A stretch of DNA of 64,000 nt from Obrimoposthia wandeli (lineage: Eukaryota), in assembly GCA_977020255.1 (NCBI GenBank), contig CDROCS010000506.1, forward strand, positions 2,418,001-2,482,000. Reading direction: 5' to 3'. The notes beneath the pieces were generated by a model that did no database searches, was not told the origin of the DNA, and saw nothing but the letters and a program-made list of their open reading frames with translations. Both the position numbers and the translations under genes were made by a program. Shown here one piece after another: positions 22,998 through 33,610 of this stretch; position 1 is the stretch's first letter; each line of letters starts with the position of its first letter.

Positions 22998-23870
22998 ATG
23001 GACAATTTAGATGCTCTTAAGCAGCTTTTAATTAAATTACCACAAAAACAAATAGCAACGGGATGTTGTTATTCACTACTAGCGGTATTTTGTTATCAAT
23101 CTGCGTTGTTAACTTGGCAACTATGGCCGACCTCATCAAGTGCCGTTAGCTCATGGCAACCTGCGGTAAGCGTAGGTAACAATCAAGCCAAAAGTTATAA
23201 CTTAAATACGTTTCGTAATTTGCATTTATTTGGTAAACAACAGACCGAAAAATCAGCGCCCGTTGTCGTTGATAATATCGATGCGCCAAAAACACGTCTG
23301 AACTTAACGTTATCGGGTCTTGTGGCGAGTAGTGAACCAAACCTTGCATTAGCGATTATTGAATATAAAGGCAAGCAAGAAACATATGCGATTGATGATG
23401 AGATAAGTTCAACGAATGCGATATTAAAGCAGGTATTTACTGACCGTATTATTATTGAATATCAAGCGAAATTAGAAACCTTAATGCTTGATGGTGAAGA
23501 GTTCTCACGTGAAAGTAGTCAACGCCCATCTCGCGAAAATCGTGCAGAGAAAGCACCGGCAGGTCTGTCTAATTTACGCAAAGATTTATTAGCAAACCCA
23601 GCCTCTATTACTGATTATGTGCGTATTTCTCCGGTTCGGAAAGATGGCAAGTTGGCGGGTTACCGTGTTAATCCGGGTAAAAACCGTGAATTATTTAAAG
23701 AAGTTGGTTTAAAGCCCAATGATCTCGCAGTATCGTTAAACGGCTTTGATTTAACCGATACTCGACAAGCAATGGAAGTTGCCAAGCAATTGAAAGATTT
23801 GACAGATATGTCGCTCACGGTTGAACGTGATGGGCAGTTACACAGTATTTATTTAAGTGTGCCAGAGTAG
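22998..23870 (+). CDS. gspC: Type II secretion protein C (HR and PDZ domains)
   Basis: N-terminal TM, APKTRLNLTLSG, GYRVNPG PDZ region. Confidence 0.93.
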   Translation: MDNLDALKQLLIKLPQKQIATGCCYSLLAVFCYQSALLTWQLWPTSSSAVSSWQPAVSVGNNQAKSYNLNTFRNLHLFGKQQTEKSAPVVVDNIDAPKTRLNLTLSGLVASSEPNLALAIIEYKGKQETYAIDDEISSTNAILKQVFTDRIIIEYQAKLETLMLDGEEFSRESSQRPSRENRAEKAPAGLSNLRKDLLANPASITDYVRISPVRKDGKLAGYRVNPGKNRELFKEVGLKPNDLAVSLNGFDLTDTRQAMEVAKQLKDLTDMSLTVERDGQLHSIYLSVPE

Positions 23871-23923
23871 TCATTTATACGATTTATATAGTAGGTCGTA
23901 AAGTTAGGTAGCTAAGGATAAAG

Positions 23924-26014
23924 ATGAACCTTAATAACGTTGGAAAAAAATTAACAAGCTTAGCCTCAGGGATATTGCTGAGTTTGAGTGGTATGGCCGT
24001 GGCTGCCGACTATTCTGCTAGCTTTAAAGGTACCGATATTAATGAATTTATTAATGTTGTCGGTAAAAACTTAAATAAAACAGTGATTGTTGATCCGAGT
24101 GTGCGTGGCAAGGTGAATGTGCGCAGCTATGATCTGCTGAATGAAGAACAGTACTATCAGTTTTTTCTTAATGTATTAGATGTATATGGTTATGCGGTTG
24201 TGAAGATGGACAACGGCGTACTTAAAGTGATTAAAAGCAAAGTAGCGAAGACCTCAAGTATTCCTGTCGTGGATGATAAAAACCCAGGTCAGGGTGATGA
24301 GATGGTCACGCGTGTCGTTCCTGTACGTAACGTATCGGTACGTGAACTGTCGCCTTTGCTACGTCAATTAAATGATAATGCTGGCGGCGGTAATGTTGTG
24401 CATTACGAACCGTCGAATGTATTAATGCTAACTGGCCGCGCCGCCGTGGTTAATCGCTTAGTCGAGATTGTCCGTCGTGTGGATAAAGCCGGTGATCAAG
24501 AAGTTGATATTATTCATCTTAAATATGCATCAGCAAGTGAGATGGTGCGTATTATTGATAGCCTTACTAAAGGCGATGGTAAATCAAAAATCCCCAGTAT
24601 TTTACAACCCAAAGTGGTTGCCGATGATCGTACTAATTCAGTCGTTATCAGCGGCGATCCAAAAGCCCGCCAGCGTGTAGCCACTCTAATTCAACAACTT
24701 GACAGTGAGTTAGAAAGTACCGGTAATACGCGGGTTATTTACTTAAAATATGCCAATGCGAAAGAAGTGTCTGAAGTATTAAAAGGTGTCGGTGGTTCCA
24801 TTGATGGTGGGAAGTCCGGTTCATCAAAGTCTAAATCAAGCTCAAAATCAAATCTGAGTATTGAACCACATGAAGATACCAATGCGTTAGTGATCACTGC
24901 ACAGCCAGATGTGATGCGCACGCTTGAGCAAGTGATTAATCAACTCGATATTCGTCGTGCCCAAGTATTGGTTGAAGCGATTATTGTTGAATTGTCTGAA
25001 GGTGACGGGGTTAATTTTGGTATACAGTGGGTCTCAAAAGCTGGTGGCACTCAATATAATAATGGGACGCAAGTACCATTAACGACTATCGGTGCCGGTC
25101 TGTATGATGCGCAAGATAAAACGACAGAAACGAAAGATGTGAATGGTGTAATCACAGGTACCACAACAACCACGGGTGATGTTTCTACACTCGCATCTGC
25201 ATTGAGCGGTATTAACGGTCTGGCGATGGGGGTGATGAATAGCGCAGGTAGTTTCGGCGCGATAATCCAAGCGGCAGCCAATGATAGTCAATCCAATATT
25301 CTGGCAACGCCAAGTATTATGACACTTGATAACCAAGAGGCGTCGTTTATTGTCGGTGAAGAAGTGCCCGTTATTACCGGGTCTTCAGCAAGTTCAGGTA
25401 ATGATAATCCTTTCCAAACCGTTGAACGTCAAGAAGTCGGTATTAAGTTAAAAGTAACACCACAAATTAATGAGGGTGATGCGGTTCAGCTCACTATTGA
25501 ACAAGAAGTATCGCAAGTATTGGGCTCAACATCAGTGGATGTGACGTTTGCCAAACGCCAAGTGAATACCACTATTTTAGCGGACAGTGGTCAAACGATT
25601 GTCATTGGTGGTTTATTGGATGAACAAGTGACTGAAAGTGTTTCTAAGGTACCTTGGTTAGGTGATATCCCTTGGATTGGTAATTTATTTAAATCGACCT
25701 CATCAAGCACTCGAAAACGTAATTTGATGGTCTTTATTAAACCCACGATTATTCGTGATAATGCGTCGATCCGCGGCGTGAGTAATCGTAAATATAGTTT
25801 AATGCGCGCCCATCAATTATTACAACAAGAAGACGGTGTGGCATTAATGCCAAATACCAATGTCCCCGTGTTACCTAAATTTAATCAAGAGCGTGTGATT
25901 TCCCCTGCGTTACGTAAATATCTCGAAGAACAAGATAACCAAACTGTGGAGTTTGATGTGACGACTAAACCTGATTCGACAGACACTGATTCGTCGAAAA
26001 GCGGAGCTGAGTAG
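23924..26014 (+). CDS. gspD: Type II secretion secretin D
   Basis: SFKGTDINEF, VVHYEPSNVL, LDIRRAQVLVEA, VPWLGDIPWIGNLF. Confidence 0.97.
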   Translation: MNLNNVGKKLTSLASGILLSLSGMAVAADYSASFKGTDINEFINVVGKNLNKTVIVDPSVRGKVNVRSYDLLNEEQYYQFFLNVLDVYGYAVVKMDNGVLKVIKSKVAKTSSIPVVDDKNPGQGDEMVTRVVPVRNVSVRELSPLLRQLNDNAGGGNVVHYEPSNVLMLTGRAAVVNRLVEIVRRVDKAGDQEVDIIHLKYASASEMVRIIDSLTKGDGKSKIPSILQPKVVADDRTNSVVISGDPKARQRVATLIQQLDSELESTGNTRVIYLKYANAKEVSEVLKGVGGSIDGGKSGSSKSKSSSKSNLSIEPHEDTNALVITAQPDVMRTLEQVINQLDIRRAQVLVEAIIVELSEGDGVNFGIQWVSKAGGTQYNNGTQVPLTTIGAGLYDAQDKTTETKDVNGVITGTTTTTGDVSTLASALSGINGLAMGVMNSAGSFGAIIQAAANDSQSNILATPSIMTLDNQEASFIVGEEVPVITGSSASSGNDNPFQTVERQEVGIKLKVTPQINEGDAVQLTIEQEVSQVLGSTSVDVTFAKRQVNTTILADSGQTIVIGGLLDEQVTESVSKVPWLGDIPWIGNLFKSTSSSTRKRNLMVFIKPTIIRDNASIRGVSNRKYSLMRAHQLLQQEDGVALMPNTNVPVLPKFNQERVISPALRKYLEEQDNQTVEFDVTTKPDSTDTDSSKSGAE

Positions 26015-27514
26015 ATGAGTACTCAGGACTACGAGGAGGTAAGCGAAAGTGAACGTTTACCTTTTTCGTTCGCTAAAAAATTTGGTGTGGTGTTAAGTGA
26101 AATCGATGATGCGTGGGTGCTGTATCATAAAGCCGATGTCTCCCCTGCGACTATATTAGAAGTTCGCCGCAATCTTGGCCAAGCATTTCGATTAGTGTTG
26201 TTAGATGATGAGGCATTTGAGCTAAAGCTGACGCAGGTGTTTCAACGTGATTCATCAGAAGCGCGGCAATTAATGCAAGATATTGGTAACGAAGTCGATT
26301 TTTTTACCTTAGCCGAAGAGTTGCCTACTGAAGAAGATTTATTAGAGTCTGACGATGATGCGCCGATCATTAAATTGATTAATGCCATGCTCAGTGAAGC
26401 GATTAAAGAAGGTGCATCCGACATTCACGTTGAAACATTCGAACGTGCCTTGGTGATCCGTTTCCGAATTGATGGGGTATTAAGGGAGATCTTAAAACCA
26501 AATCGTCAATTAGCCTCATTATTAATATCACGTATTAAAGTGATGTCAAAAATGGATATCGCGGAGAAACGTATTCCCCAAGATGGCCGTATTTCATTAC
26601 GTATTGGTGGCCGTGGCGTGGATGTACGTGTATCAACTTTACCTTCTAGTTTTGGTGAGCGCGTGGTAATGCGTTTACTCGATAAAAATAACGCCAAACT
26701 AGAATTAGTGCACTTAGGGATGACGTTAGATAATCGTAATAAAATGTCGGAACTTATTCATAAGCCGCACGGTATTATTCTTGTTACCGGTCCAACGGGG
26801 TCGGGTAAAAGTACGACCTTGTATGCCGCGTTATCGGATATAAACAGTAAAGACCGTAATATTTTAACGGTTGAAGATCCGGTGGAATATCAACTTGATG
26901 GTATTGGTCAAACACAAGTGAACCCAAAAGTTGATATGACCTTTTCTCGTGGGTTACGCGCTATCTTACGTCAAGATCCTGATGTGGTGATGATTGGTGA
27001 GGTACGTGATTTAGAGACGGCACAAATTGCTGTTCAAGCCAGTTTAACGGGTCACTTGGTACTATCGACTTTACATACTAATACGGCGGTTGGTGCTGTG
27101 ACGCGTTTACGTGACATGGGATTGGAGCCGTTCTTATTATCCTCAAGTATATTGGGTGTGCTAGCACAGCGCTTAGTCCGAACGCTTTGTCCAGATTGTC
27201 GAGAAAGTGCGCCGCCGACCGAGCGGGAACTTGAGCAATTAGCATCAAACCGTGTCGCGGATGTGAGTGTCATTTATCATTCCAAAGGTTGCGAGAAATG
27301 TAACAACACAGGTTATCGAGGCCGAACCGGTATTCATGAGTTGTTAATCGTCGATGAAGATGTACGAGACATGATCCACAGTGGCGCGGGCGAGCAGATT
27401 GTTGAACGCCATATACGCCCCTTTACGCCAAGTATCCGTCAAGATGGTATCGCTAAAGTACTTGCGGGTGTCACCACCCTAGAAGAAGTACTTCGTGTGA
27501 CAAGAGAGGGATAA
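26015..27514 (+). CDS. gspE: Type II secretion ATPase E
   Basis: GPTGSGKS Walker [23 protein letters not shown]. Confidence 0.98.
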   Translation: MSTQDYEEVSESERLPFSFAKKFGVVLSEIDDAWVLYHKADVSPATILEVRRNLGQAFRLVLLDDEAFELKLTQVFQRDSSEARQLMQDIGNEVDFFTLAEELPTEEDLLESDDDAPIIKLINAMLSEAIKEGASDIHVETFERALVIRFRIDGVLREILKPNRQLASLLISRIKVMSKMDIAEKRIPQDGRISLRIGGRGVDVRVSTLPSSFGERVVMRLLDKNNAKLELVHLGMTLDNRNKMSELIHKPHGIILVTGPTGSGKSTTLYAALSDINSKDRNILTVEDPVEYQLDGIGQTQVNPKVDMTFSRGLRAILRQDPDVVMIGEVRDLETAQIAVQASLTGHLVLSTLHTNTAVGAVTRLRDMGLEPFLLSSSILGVLAQRLVRTLCPDCRESAPPTERELEQLASNRVADVSVIYHSKGCEKCNNTGYRGRTGIHELLIVDEDVRDMIHSGAGEQIVERHIRPFTPSIRQDGIAKVLAGVTTLEEVLRVTREG

Positions 27515-27516
27515 TC

Positions 27517-28737
27517 ATGCCAGCATTTTCTTATTTAGCGATGGATACAAAAGGCAAAAAGAAAAAGGGTGTTTTAGAAGCTGATGGACCAAAACAAGCG
27601 CGTAATTTATTACGTGAAAAAGGCTTAACACCGCTTGAAGTCGAAATGTCTGCAGCGGCTGAACAGAAAAAAGCCTCAGGGATGTTCACGTTTAAACGTG
27701 GTATTAGTACCGCGGATATGGCGCTGTTAACGCGTCAATTATCGACATTGATTGCGGCATCACTGCCGCTGGAAGAATCTTTAAAAGCGGTTGCAGAGCA
27801 AAGTGAATTACCGCGTATTCAGAATATGATCTTAGCGGTGCGCAGTCGTGTTGTTGAAGGTCATACCTTAGCGGAAAGTTTCGCTGAATTTCCTCATGCT
27901 TTCGATCATTTGTATTGCGCCATGGTCGCGTCAGGTGAAAAATCCGGACATTTGGATAAAGTATTGAATCGTTTAGCTGACTATACCGAGCAACGTCAAA
28001 AAATGTCCAGTCAACTGACACAGGCGATGATCTATCCGGTGATGTTAACGCTGGTGGCGATTGGTGTTGTGTCATTATTGTTAACCAGTGTGGTGCCTAA
28101 AGTTGTTGGTCAATTTGAGCACATGGGGCAAGAGTTACCGCAAATCACCCAAATACTGATCGCACTGTCTGATTTTGTCAGTAATTATGGTTTGTATCTG
28201 GTGGTTGCGATTGTCTTACTGATTATCGGGGTGAAACGGTTATTGTTAAAACCCGCTAATCGCTTGGTATTTGATGAACGATTATTAAAAATACCTGTCA
28301 TTGGTAAGATCAGCCGCGGTATTAATACCGCACGTTTTGCGCGTACGTTAAGTATTTTAAATGCCAGTGCAGTGCCATTGCTCGAAAGTATGTCGATTGC
28401 AGGGCAAGTATTAACCAATATGCATGCGCGTCGCTTAGTTGAGGGGGCGACGAGTCGCGTTCGTGAAGGCACGAGCTTAAGAGCGTCATTAACGGAAACG
28501 AAGTTATTTCCGCCAATGATGCTACATATGATCGCCAGTGGCGAACAAAGTGGTGAACTCGGCCCAATGTTAGAGCGTGCTGCGGATAACCAAGACTCGC
28601 AATTTGAAGCGCAAGTAGCAATGGCGTTAGGCATTTTTCAACCCTTGCTGGTGGTGAGTATGTCGTTTGTTGTATTATTTATTGTGATGGCAATTCTTCA
28701 GCCAATTTTGTCTTTAAACCAGATGGTTGCAGGTTAG
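27517..28737 (+). CDS. gspF: Type II secretion inner-membrane protein F
   Basis: ASGEKSGHL, AMIYP, duplicated GspF domains. Confidence 0.97.
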   Translation: MPAFSYLAMDTKGKKKKGVLEADGPKQARNLLREKGLTPLEVEMSAAAEQKKASGMFTFKRGISTADMALLTRQLSTLIAASLPLEESLKAVAEQSELPRIQNMILAVRSRVVEGHTLAESFAEFPHAFDHLYCAMVASGEKSGHLDKVLNRLADYTEQRQKMSSQLTQAMIYPVMLTLVAIGVVSLLLTSVVPKVVGQFEHMGQELPQITQILIALSDFVSNYGLYLVVAIVLLIIGVKRLLLKPANRLVFDERLLKIPVIGKISRGINTARFARTLSILNASAVPLLESMSIAGQVLTNMHARRLVEGATSRVREGTSLRASLTETKLFPPMMLHMIASGEQSGELGPMLERAADNQDSQFEAQVAMALGIFQPLLVVSMSFVVLFIVMAILQPILSLNQMVAG

Positions 28738-28762
28738 ATTTTTATTTTAAGTAGAGGATGTT

Positions 28763-29197
28763 ATGAATAACAAAAAACGGAATGTATCAGGTTTTACGCT
28801 GTTAGAGATCATGGTCGTTATTGTGATTTTGGGTGTGCTTGCATCCATGGTTATCCCTAATTTATTAGGCAACAAAGAAAAAGCCGACCGTCAAAAAGTA
28901 GTATCAGATATTGTGGCATTGGAAAATGCGATGGATATGTACAAGCTGGATAACAGCCGCTACCCAACGACAGAGCAAGGCTTGGATGCATTAGTTGAAA
29001 TGCCGGATGTTGATCCTGAACCAAGAGATTATCGTAACGGTGGTTATATTAAGCGTTTACCACAAGACCCTTGGGGTAATGAGTATCTACTTGTAAGCCC
29101 GGGTGAAAATGGCCAAGTTGATATTTATTCTATCGGTTTAGATGCTGAAGAAGGTTCTGATGATGATATCGGTAACTGGAACATGCATGACAAGTAA
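28763..29197 (+). CDS. gspG: Major pseudopilin G
   Basis: GFTLLEIMVV prepilin site, LPQDPWGN. Confidence 0.97.
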   Translation: MNNKKRNVSGFTLLEIMVVIVILGVLASMVIPNLLGNKEKADRQKVVSDIVALENAMDMYKLDNSRYPTTEQGLDALVEMPDVDPEPRDYRNGGYIKRLPQDPWGNEYLLVSPGENGQVDIYSIGLDAEEGSDDDIGNWNMHDK

Positions 29198-29210
29198 TTA
29201 ATGATGGATT

Positions 29211-29236
29211 AAGGCGCAGTATAATGGCTGTGCCTT
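29211..29236 (+). terminator. Stem-loop after gspG (partial terminator or mRNA stabiliser)
   Basis: AAGGCGCAGT-ATAATG-GCTGTGCCTT followed by TCTCTATTT. Confidence 0.55.
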
Positions 29237-29311
29237 TCTCTATTTACCTTGAACATGTCTAATATTAATCGCTATTTTTTCCATCCATTCAATAACAATC
29301 CAAGGAATATA

Positions 29312-29917
29312 ATGCAAGATCGTACTCATCAAGAAGCTGGCTTTACACTATTAGAAATAATGTTAGTTATATTCTTAATGGGCATGATGGTTACCGGTGT
29401 GGTGATGACCATGAACACCGCGGGTCCCGATAGACAACTCAAACAAGAAGCCGCGCGTTTTGTTGGCGTATTAGAGTTAGCGGAAGAAGAAGCGCTACTC
29501 AGTAGTATTGAAATGGGGTTAGTGATTACAGAACAAGAATATCAGTTTGTTTATTTAGATGATAAGGACAGGTGGACTGCGTTTACAGACTCGAAAATAT
29601 TTTCCAAAAAAGAGCTTAAAGAAGACATGATATTGTCTTTTGAACTGGCAGGATTAAAAGCTGAGAACAGCTTTTTAGGTAGCCGTAAGTTGTTCGAAGA
29701 TGATGAGGGTTTATTTGAAGATAAAGGCGGACTATTTGAAGATGATGATAAAGAAGCCCGCATCGAACCGGATATCTTTATTTATTCTAGCGGTGAGATC
29801 TCGGACTTTACGTTAACCTTTACTTACAGCGATGCCGATCTTGGCGATAGTAGTATTCAAGTTCAATTTGATGAATACGGTGACTTAATCATTAATTCGA
29901 CTGTGGATGGATTTTGA
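29312..29917 (+). CDS. gspH: Minor pseudopilin H
   Basis: GFTLLEIM; SD AAGGA before ATG 29312; IYSSGEIS. Confidence 0.92.
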   Translation: MQDRTHQEAGFTLLEIMLVIFLMGMMVTGVVMTMNTAGPDRQLKQEAARFVGVLELAEEEALLSSIEMGLVITEQEYQFVYLDDKDRWTAFTDSKIFSKKELKEDMILSFELAGLKAENSFLGSRKLFEDDEGLFEDKGGLFEDDDKEARIEPDIFIYSSGEISDFTLTFTYSDADLGDSSIQVQFDEYGDLIINSTVDGF

Positions 29918-30306
29918 TGAAACCACGTTCAGGTAATGCCTTGTTATTTAAACAAGCGGGTATGACGTTATTAGAAGTCATGGTTGCGATGGCGATATTT
30001 GCCACTGCTGGGCTGGCGGTAATGAAAGTCGCGACTGAGAATTTACGTAGTTTAGCTTATTTGGAAGAAAAAACATTTGCTAACTGGGTTGCGGCTAATA
30101 CGCTCACAGAGTTAAAACTGGCGAAAACAATACCGGGTAAATCATGGCGTAAAGGGGAATCGGAATTGGCTGGGCGAACCTGGTATTGGCGTTATAAAGC
30201 AGAAGCGACAGACAGCAGCGATTTTGTTGGGGTAACAGTTGAAGTGGCGACAGATAAGAAATATGAATCAAGGGTTAGCCACTTACTTACCTATGTGGTG
30301 CGCTAA
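29914..30306 (+). CDS. gspI: Minor pseudopilin I
   Basis: GMTLLEVMVA, LEEKTFANWVA, AGRTWYW. Confidence 0.93.
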   Translation: MMKPRSGNALLFKQAGMTLLEVMVAMAIFATAGLAVMKVATENLRSLAYLEEKTFANWVAANTLTELKLAKTIPGKSWRKGESELAGRTWYWRYKAEATDSSDFVGVTVEVATDKKYESRVSHLLTYVVR

Positions 30307-30307
30307 G

Positions 30308-30952
30308 ATGAACCGACAACCTACAATACCGCAACGTGGCTTTACGTTGATCGAAATGATGATTGCCATTGCTATTTTTGCTCTGCTTAGCTTGGGGGCT
30401 TATCAAGTACTACAAGGTGTATTGCGCAGTGATGAAGTATCAAGAGAGCGCGGTGATGCCCTAAAGCAGTTGCAACGAGCTATGGTCATCGTCGAACGTG
30501 ATTTTCAACAAATGAATGCCCGTAATAATCGCAGTGATGATGAACTGACGGCAATGCCATTACAAGCTGGGAAGTTTATGTTTGACAGTGATGACGATGG
30601 CATTGCTTTTACACGCAGTGGTTGGCGAAATCCATTATCACAGCTACCTCGTTCTTCATTACAGCGGGTCATATATCGAGTGAAAGATGCGCATTTAGAG
30701 CGGTTAAGTTATGTCTACTTGGACCCCGCTACTGGTGAAGAACCGAAGACCAAGCTCATTTTAGAAAATGTCGAATCAATGACATTTGAGTTTTATCACG
30801 AGAAGAAATGGGCAGAAACCTGGACCAATAAAACAGCCTTACCTGATGGCGTTAAAGTCACACTGACATTAAAACGTTTTGGGGAGATCCAACGTTTATT
30901 TTTATTACCTAAAGCCACGGTTAATAGTAGCAGTGCAGAGGAAGAGACCTAA
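30308..30952 (+). CDS. gspJ: Minor pseudopilin J
   Basis: GFTLIEMM, ERDFQQ, GWRNPL, RSSLQRV; start placed at ATG 30308. Confidence 0.93.
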   Translation: MNRQPTIPQRGFTLIEMMIAIAIFALLSLGAYQVLQGVLRSDEVSRERGDALKQLQRAMVIVERDFQQMNARNNRSDDELTAMPLQAGKFMFDSDDDGIAFTRSGWRNPLSQLPRSSLQRVIYRVKDAHLERLSYVYLDPATGEEPKTKLILENVESMTFEFYHEKKWAETWTNKTALPDGVKVTLTLKRFGEIQRLFLLPKATVNSSSAEEET

Positions 30953-31926
30953 TGAGAAATGCGTCTAAACAGCATGGTATTGCGCTGCTGACCGTGTTGC
31001 TTATCCTTGCTGTTATGGTGATTATTGCGGGTAATATGTCGTCACGATTACAGCTAGAGTTACGCCGTACCAGTAACATTATTACGCATCAGCAAGCGTT
31101 ATGGTATGCCTATGGTGCCGAAGCCTTAGTTGAGAAAGGGTTAAAACAAGCATTAAAAGACGATGACACGATTAACTTAGACCAATCTTGGGCGACAGAA
31201 GGAATGGTGTACCCGGTTGAGAATGGCCAGATTGGCGGTCAGGTTTTGGATATGCAAGCCTGCTTTAATGTCAATGCGGTGACCGGGGAAGACAAAGAAG
31301 GTCAAGCGCCATTAGCAGTACGCCAATTTCGAGATTTATTAGAGCAACTTGAATTTGATGCATATCAAGCCGAACAGCTGAGTGATGCACTACGTGACTG
31401 GATTGATGAAGACAGTAATGTTGTGACGAGTTACGGCGTTGAAGATGCTTATTATGAATCTCTCGATTATCCTTATCAAGCGGCTAATCAGCGGTTATCA
31501 AATGTCAGTGAATTACGGGCGATAAAGGGCTTTAATCAAGTTATTTACCGCAAGGTTCGGCCTTATTTTTGTGCATTACCAACCGCGACATTAAAGATTA
31601 ATGTGAATACGATTGCTATCGATAAACCAGAGATATTAGCAGGATTATTTTCAGGTAAGTTATCCCTCGATCTTGCGAAGAGCATACTCGAAGAACGACC
31701 AACAAGTGGTTGGGGAACTATCGTTGAATTTTTATCATTAGCGACATTAAAAGACATTGAAATCAGTGCTGCTGAGAAAAGCACATTTGATGTGAAAAGT
31801 AGTTATTTTGTCGCTCTATTACAGGCTGAGTTTGGCAGCGCCACGATGAAGCTAGAGTCATTTTTTAACGCTGAAAGTAAAGATAATGTTTATGTTATAC
31901 GTCGACAATTCGGAGGAGCTCAATGA
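30952..31926 (+). CDS. gspK: Minor pseudopilin K
   Basis: GIALLTVL, DMQACFNVNA, DWIDED, ELRAIKGF. Confidence 0.94.
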   Translation: MRNASKQHGIALLTVLLILAVMVIIAGNMSSRLQLELRRTSNIITHQQALWYAYGAEALVEKGLKQALKDDDTINLDQSWATEGMVYPVENGQIGGQVLDMQACFNVNAVTGEDKEGQAPLAVRQFRDLLEQLEFDAYQAEQLSDALRDWIDEDSNVVTSYGVEDAYYESLDYPYQAANQRLSNVSELRAIKGFNQVIYRKVRPYFCALPTATLKINVNTIAIDKPEILAGLFSGKLSLDLAKSILEERPTSGWGTIVEFLSLATLKDIEISAAEKSTFDVKSSYFVALLQAEFGSATMKLESFFNAESKDNVYVIRRQFGGAQ

Positions 31927-33140
31927 GTGAGCAATTAGTAGTAAGACTTGGTAGTGAAAGTCGACAAGCAATACATTGGTTAGTGTGGTCAACAGTAGAA
32001 CGCGAGATCATTGCATCGGGTATTTTGGCCTGTGCGGAAGATCTGATTGAACTTAAATCGCGCGCTGGTGGCCGACCAATCATCACCTTAGTACCAAGTT
32101 GTGATATCACCTTTAAAGATGTAGAGCTACCTGGACGCAGTAATAAACAATTACTCAATGCCTTGCCCTATATGCTAGAACAAGAATTGAGTAGTGATAT
32201 TGATAAGCTACACTTTTCAGTATTAGAGAAGCTGGCGAATACAGTGTCGGTTGCGGTGATTGCCCACGAAAAAATGCAGGCGTGGCAATCTTGGTTAGCA
32301 GATGCTGGTTTAGTATGTGAACAATACATTCCCGATGCTTTAACCTTGCCCTACAGTGACGCGCACTGGAGTGCCGTTGAATTGGACGGCCAATGGTTAA
32401 TTAGACAGACACCGACGCAAGGGTTGTGTATTGAAAGTGGTTTGTTAGCGTTTGTTTTAGCCGCTACTGAGTCTTCTGAAGATGAGGGGGTCAGTAACGC
32501 CAAAACAGTGATGAGCTATTCTGCGCTTGATACGCTTGGATTAGCGAACTGGCAGCAAGGTCAGATTGAACTGCCGATGAAACTGTGTGCAGAGGGCGCG
32601 ATTGGCAGTCGTTATAATTTATTACAAGGTCAGTACAAGGTTGTACGTGAAGAAAACGTAGCATTAAAATTATGGCGCGGTAGTGCTATTGCAGCCTGCT
32701 TGGCTATTGTGATGATATTTGCCAATCAATTTGTCACCTTAAATAAACTAGAGCAACAACAATCGGCGTTAGATAACGAGATTAAGCAAGTCTATAAAAC
32801 GGTGTTTAAACCGAAGAAAATGCGCTTGAATACCCGTTTAGTTAAAAAGCAAATGCAGAACCGCTTAAATGCTTTACGTGGCGGTGACGATAACTCGGGC
32901 TTCTTGGTGATGCTGAGTCAACTAACACCAACATTTAAACAGTTACCGGGCATTCAACCTATTTCAGTTAGGTTTGATACCAAGCAAGCGACATTACGGT
33001 TACAAGCAAGCGCAGCAGATTTTCAAGTGTTTGATAAACTTAAGTCCTCGCTATCAACGCAATTTGACGTAGAGCAGGGGACATTAAGTCAACGAGATGG
33101 TCGCGTTCAAGGCACGCTTGATATAAAGGGTAAAAGATGA
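31923..33140 (+). CDS. gspL: Type II secretion protein L
   Basis: EQLVVRL, LPYMLEQEL, FNLL-like YNLLQG; operon position. Confidence 0.92.
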   Translation: MSEQLVVRLGSESRQAIHWLVWSTVEREIIASGILACAEDLIELKSRAGGRPIITLVPSCDITFKDVELPGRSNKQLLNALPYMLEQELSSDIDKLHFSVLEKLANTVSVAVIAHEKMQAWQSWLADAGLVCEQYIPDALTLPYSDAHWSAVELDGQWLIRQTPTQGLCIESGLLAFVLAATESSEDEGVSNAKTVMSYSALDTLGLANWQQGQIELPMKLCAEGAIGSRYNLLQGQYKVVREENVALKLWRGSAIAACLAIVMIFANQFVTLNKLEQQQSALDNEIKQVYKTVFKPKKMRLNTRLVKKQMQNRLNALRGGDDNSGFLVMLSQLTPTFKQLPGIQPISVRFDTKQATLRLQASAADFQVFDKLKSSLSTQFDVEQGTLSQRDGRVQGTLDIKGKR

Positions 33141-33610
33141 AAGCACATTGGCAACAATTAGAGCAAAAAGAAAAGCAGCTTATTAGCATATTAATCGCGA
33201 CCCTACTGCTTGCTGGTGGCTATTGGCTGCTTTGGCAGCCGTTACAAAATGACATTGTTAATACCCAGCGTAAGGTGAACGTACAAACCCAAACATTAGC
33301 CGATGTTAAAGCGCTTGGGCAAAAAATCACTGACTTACAGGGTGGACAAGTTAATCGTGCTGATGCCGGCGACCTTAATCAACTTGTTAGTCGTAGTGCG
33401 GCACGTAATAAAATTGCTATCACGCGTATTCAAGCTAAATCAGATTCATTGCAAATATGGATTGATGATGTCAATTTTAACCAACTAATCGCATGGTTAG
33501 AAAAACTAAATAAACAATACGGCGTTGAGATCAAAAATATCGACGTGAGTGTCTCTGATACTAAAGGCATGGTTAAAGTGCGTCGTTTACAGTTAGGAAA
33601 AAGAACATGA
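33137..33610 (+). CDS. gspM: Type II secretion protein M
   Basis: Single TM (YWLLWQP), FNQLIAWLEKL; operon position. Confidence 0.9.
   Translation: MKAHWQQLEQKEKQLISILIATLLLAGGYWLLWQPLQNDIVNTQRKVNVQTQTLADVKALGQKITDLQGGQVNRADAGDLNQLVSRSAARNKIAITRIQAKSDSLQIWIDDVNFNQLIAWLEKLNKQYGVEIKNIDVSVSDTKGMVKVRRLQLGKRT

Noticed and set aside
24790-24860. Ser/Lys/Gly low-complexity stretch in GspD
   Set aside because: Corresponds to the known flexible N3-domain loop of secretins
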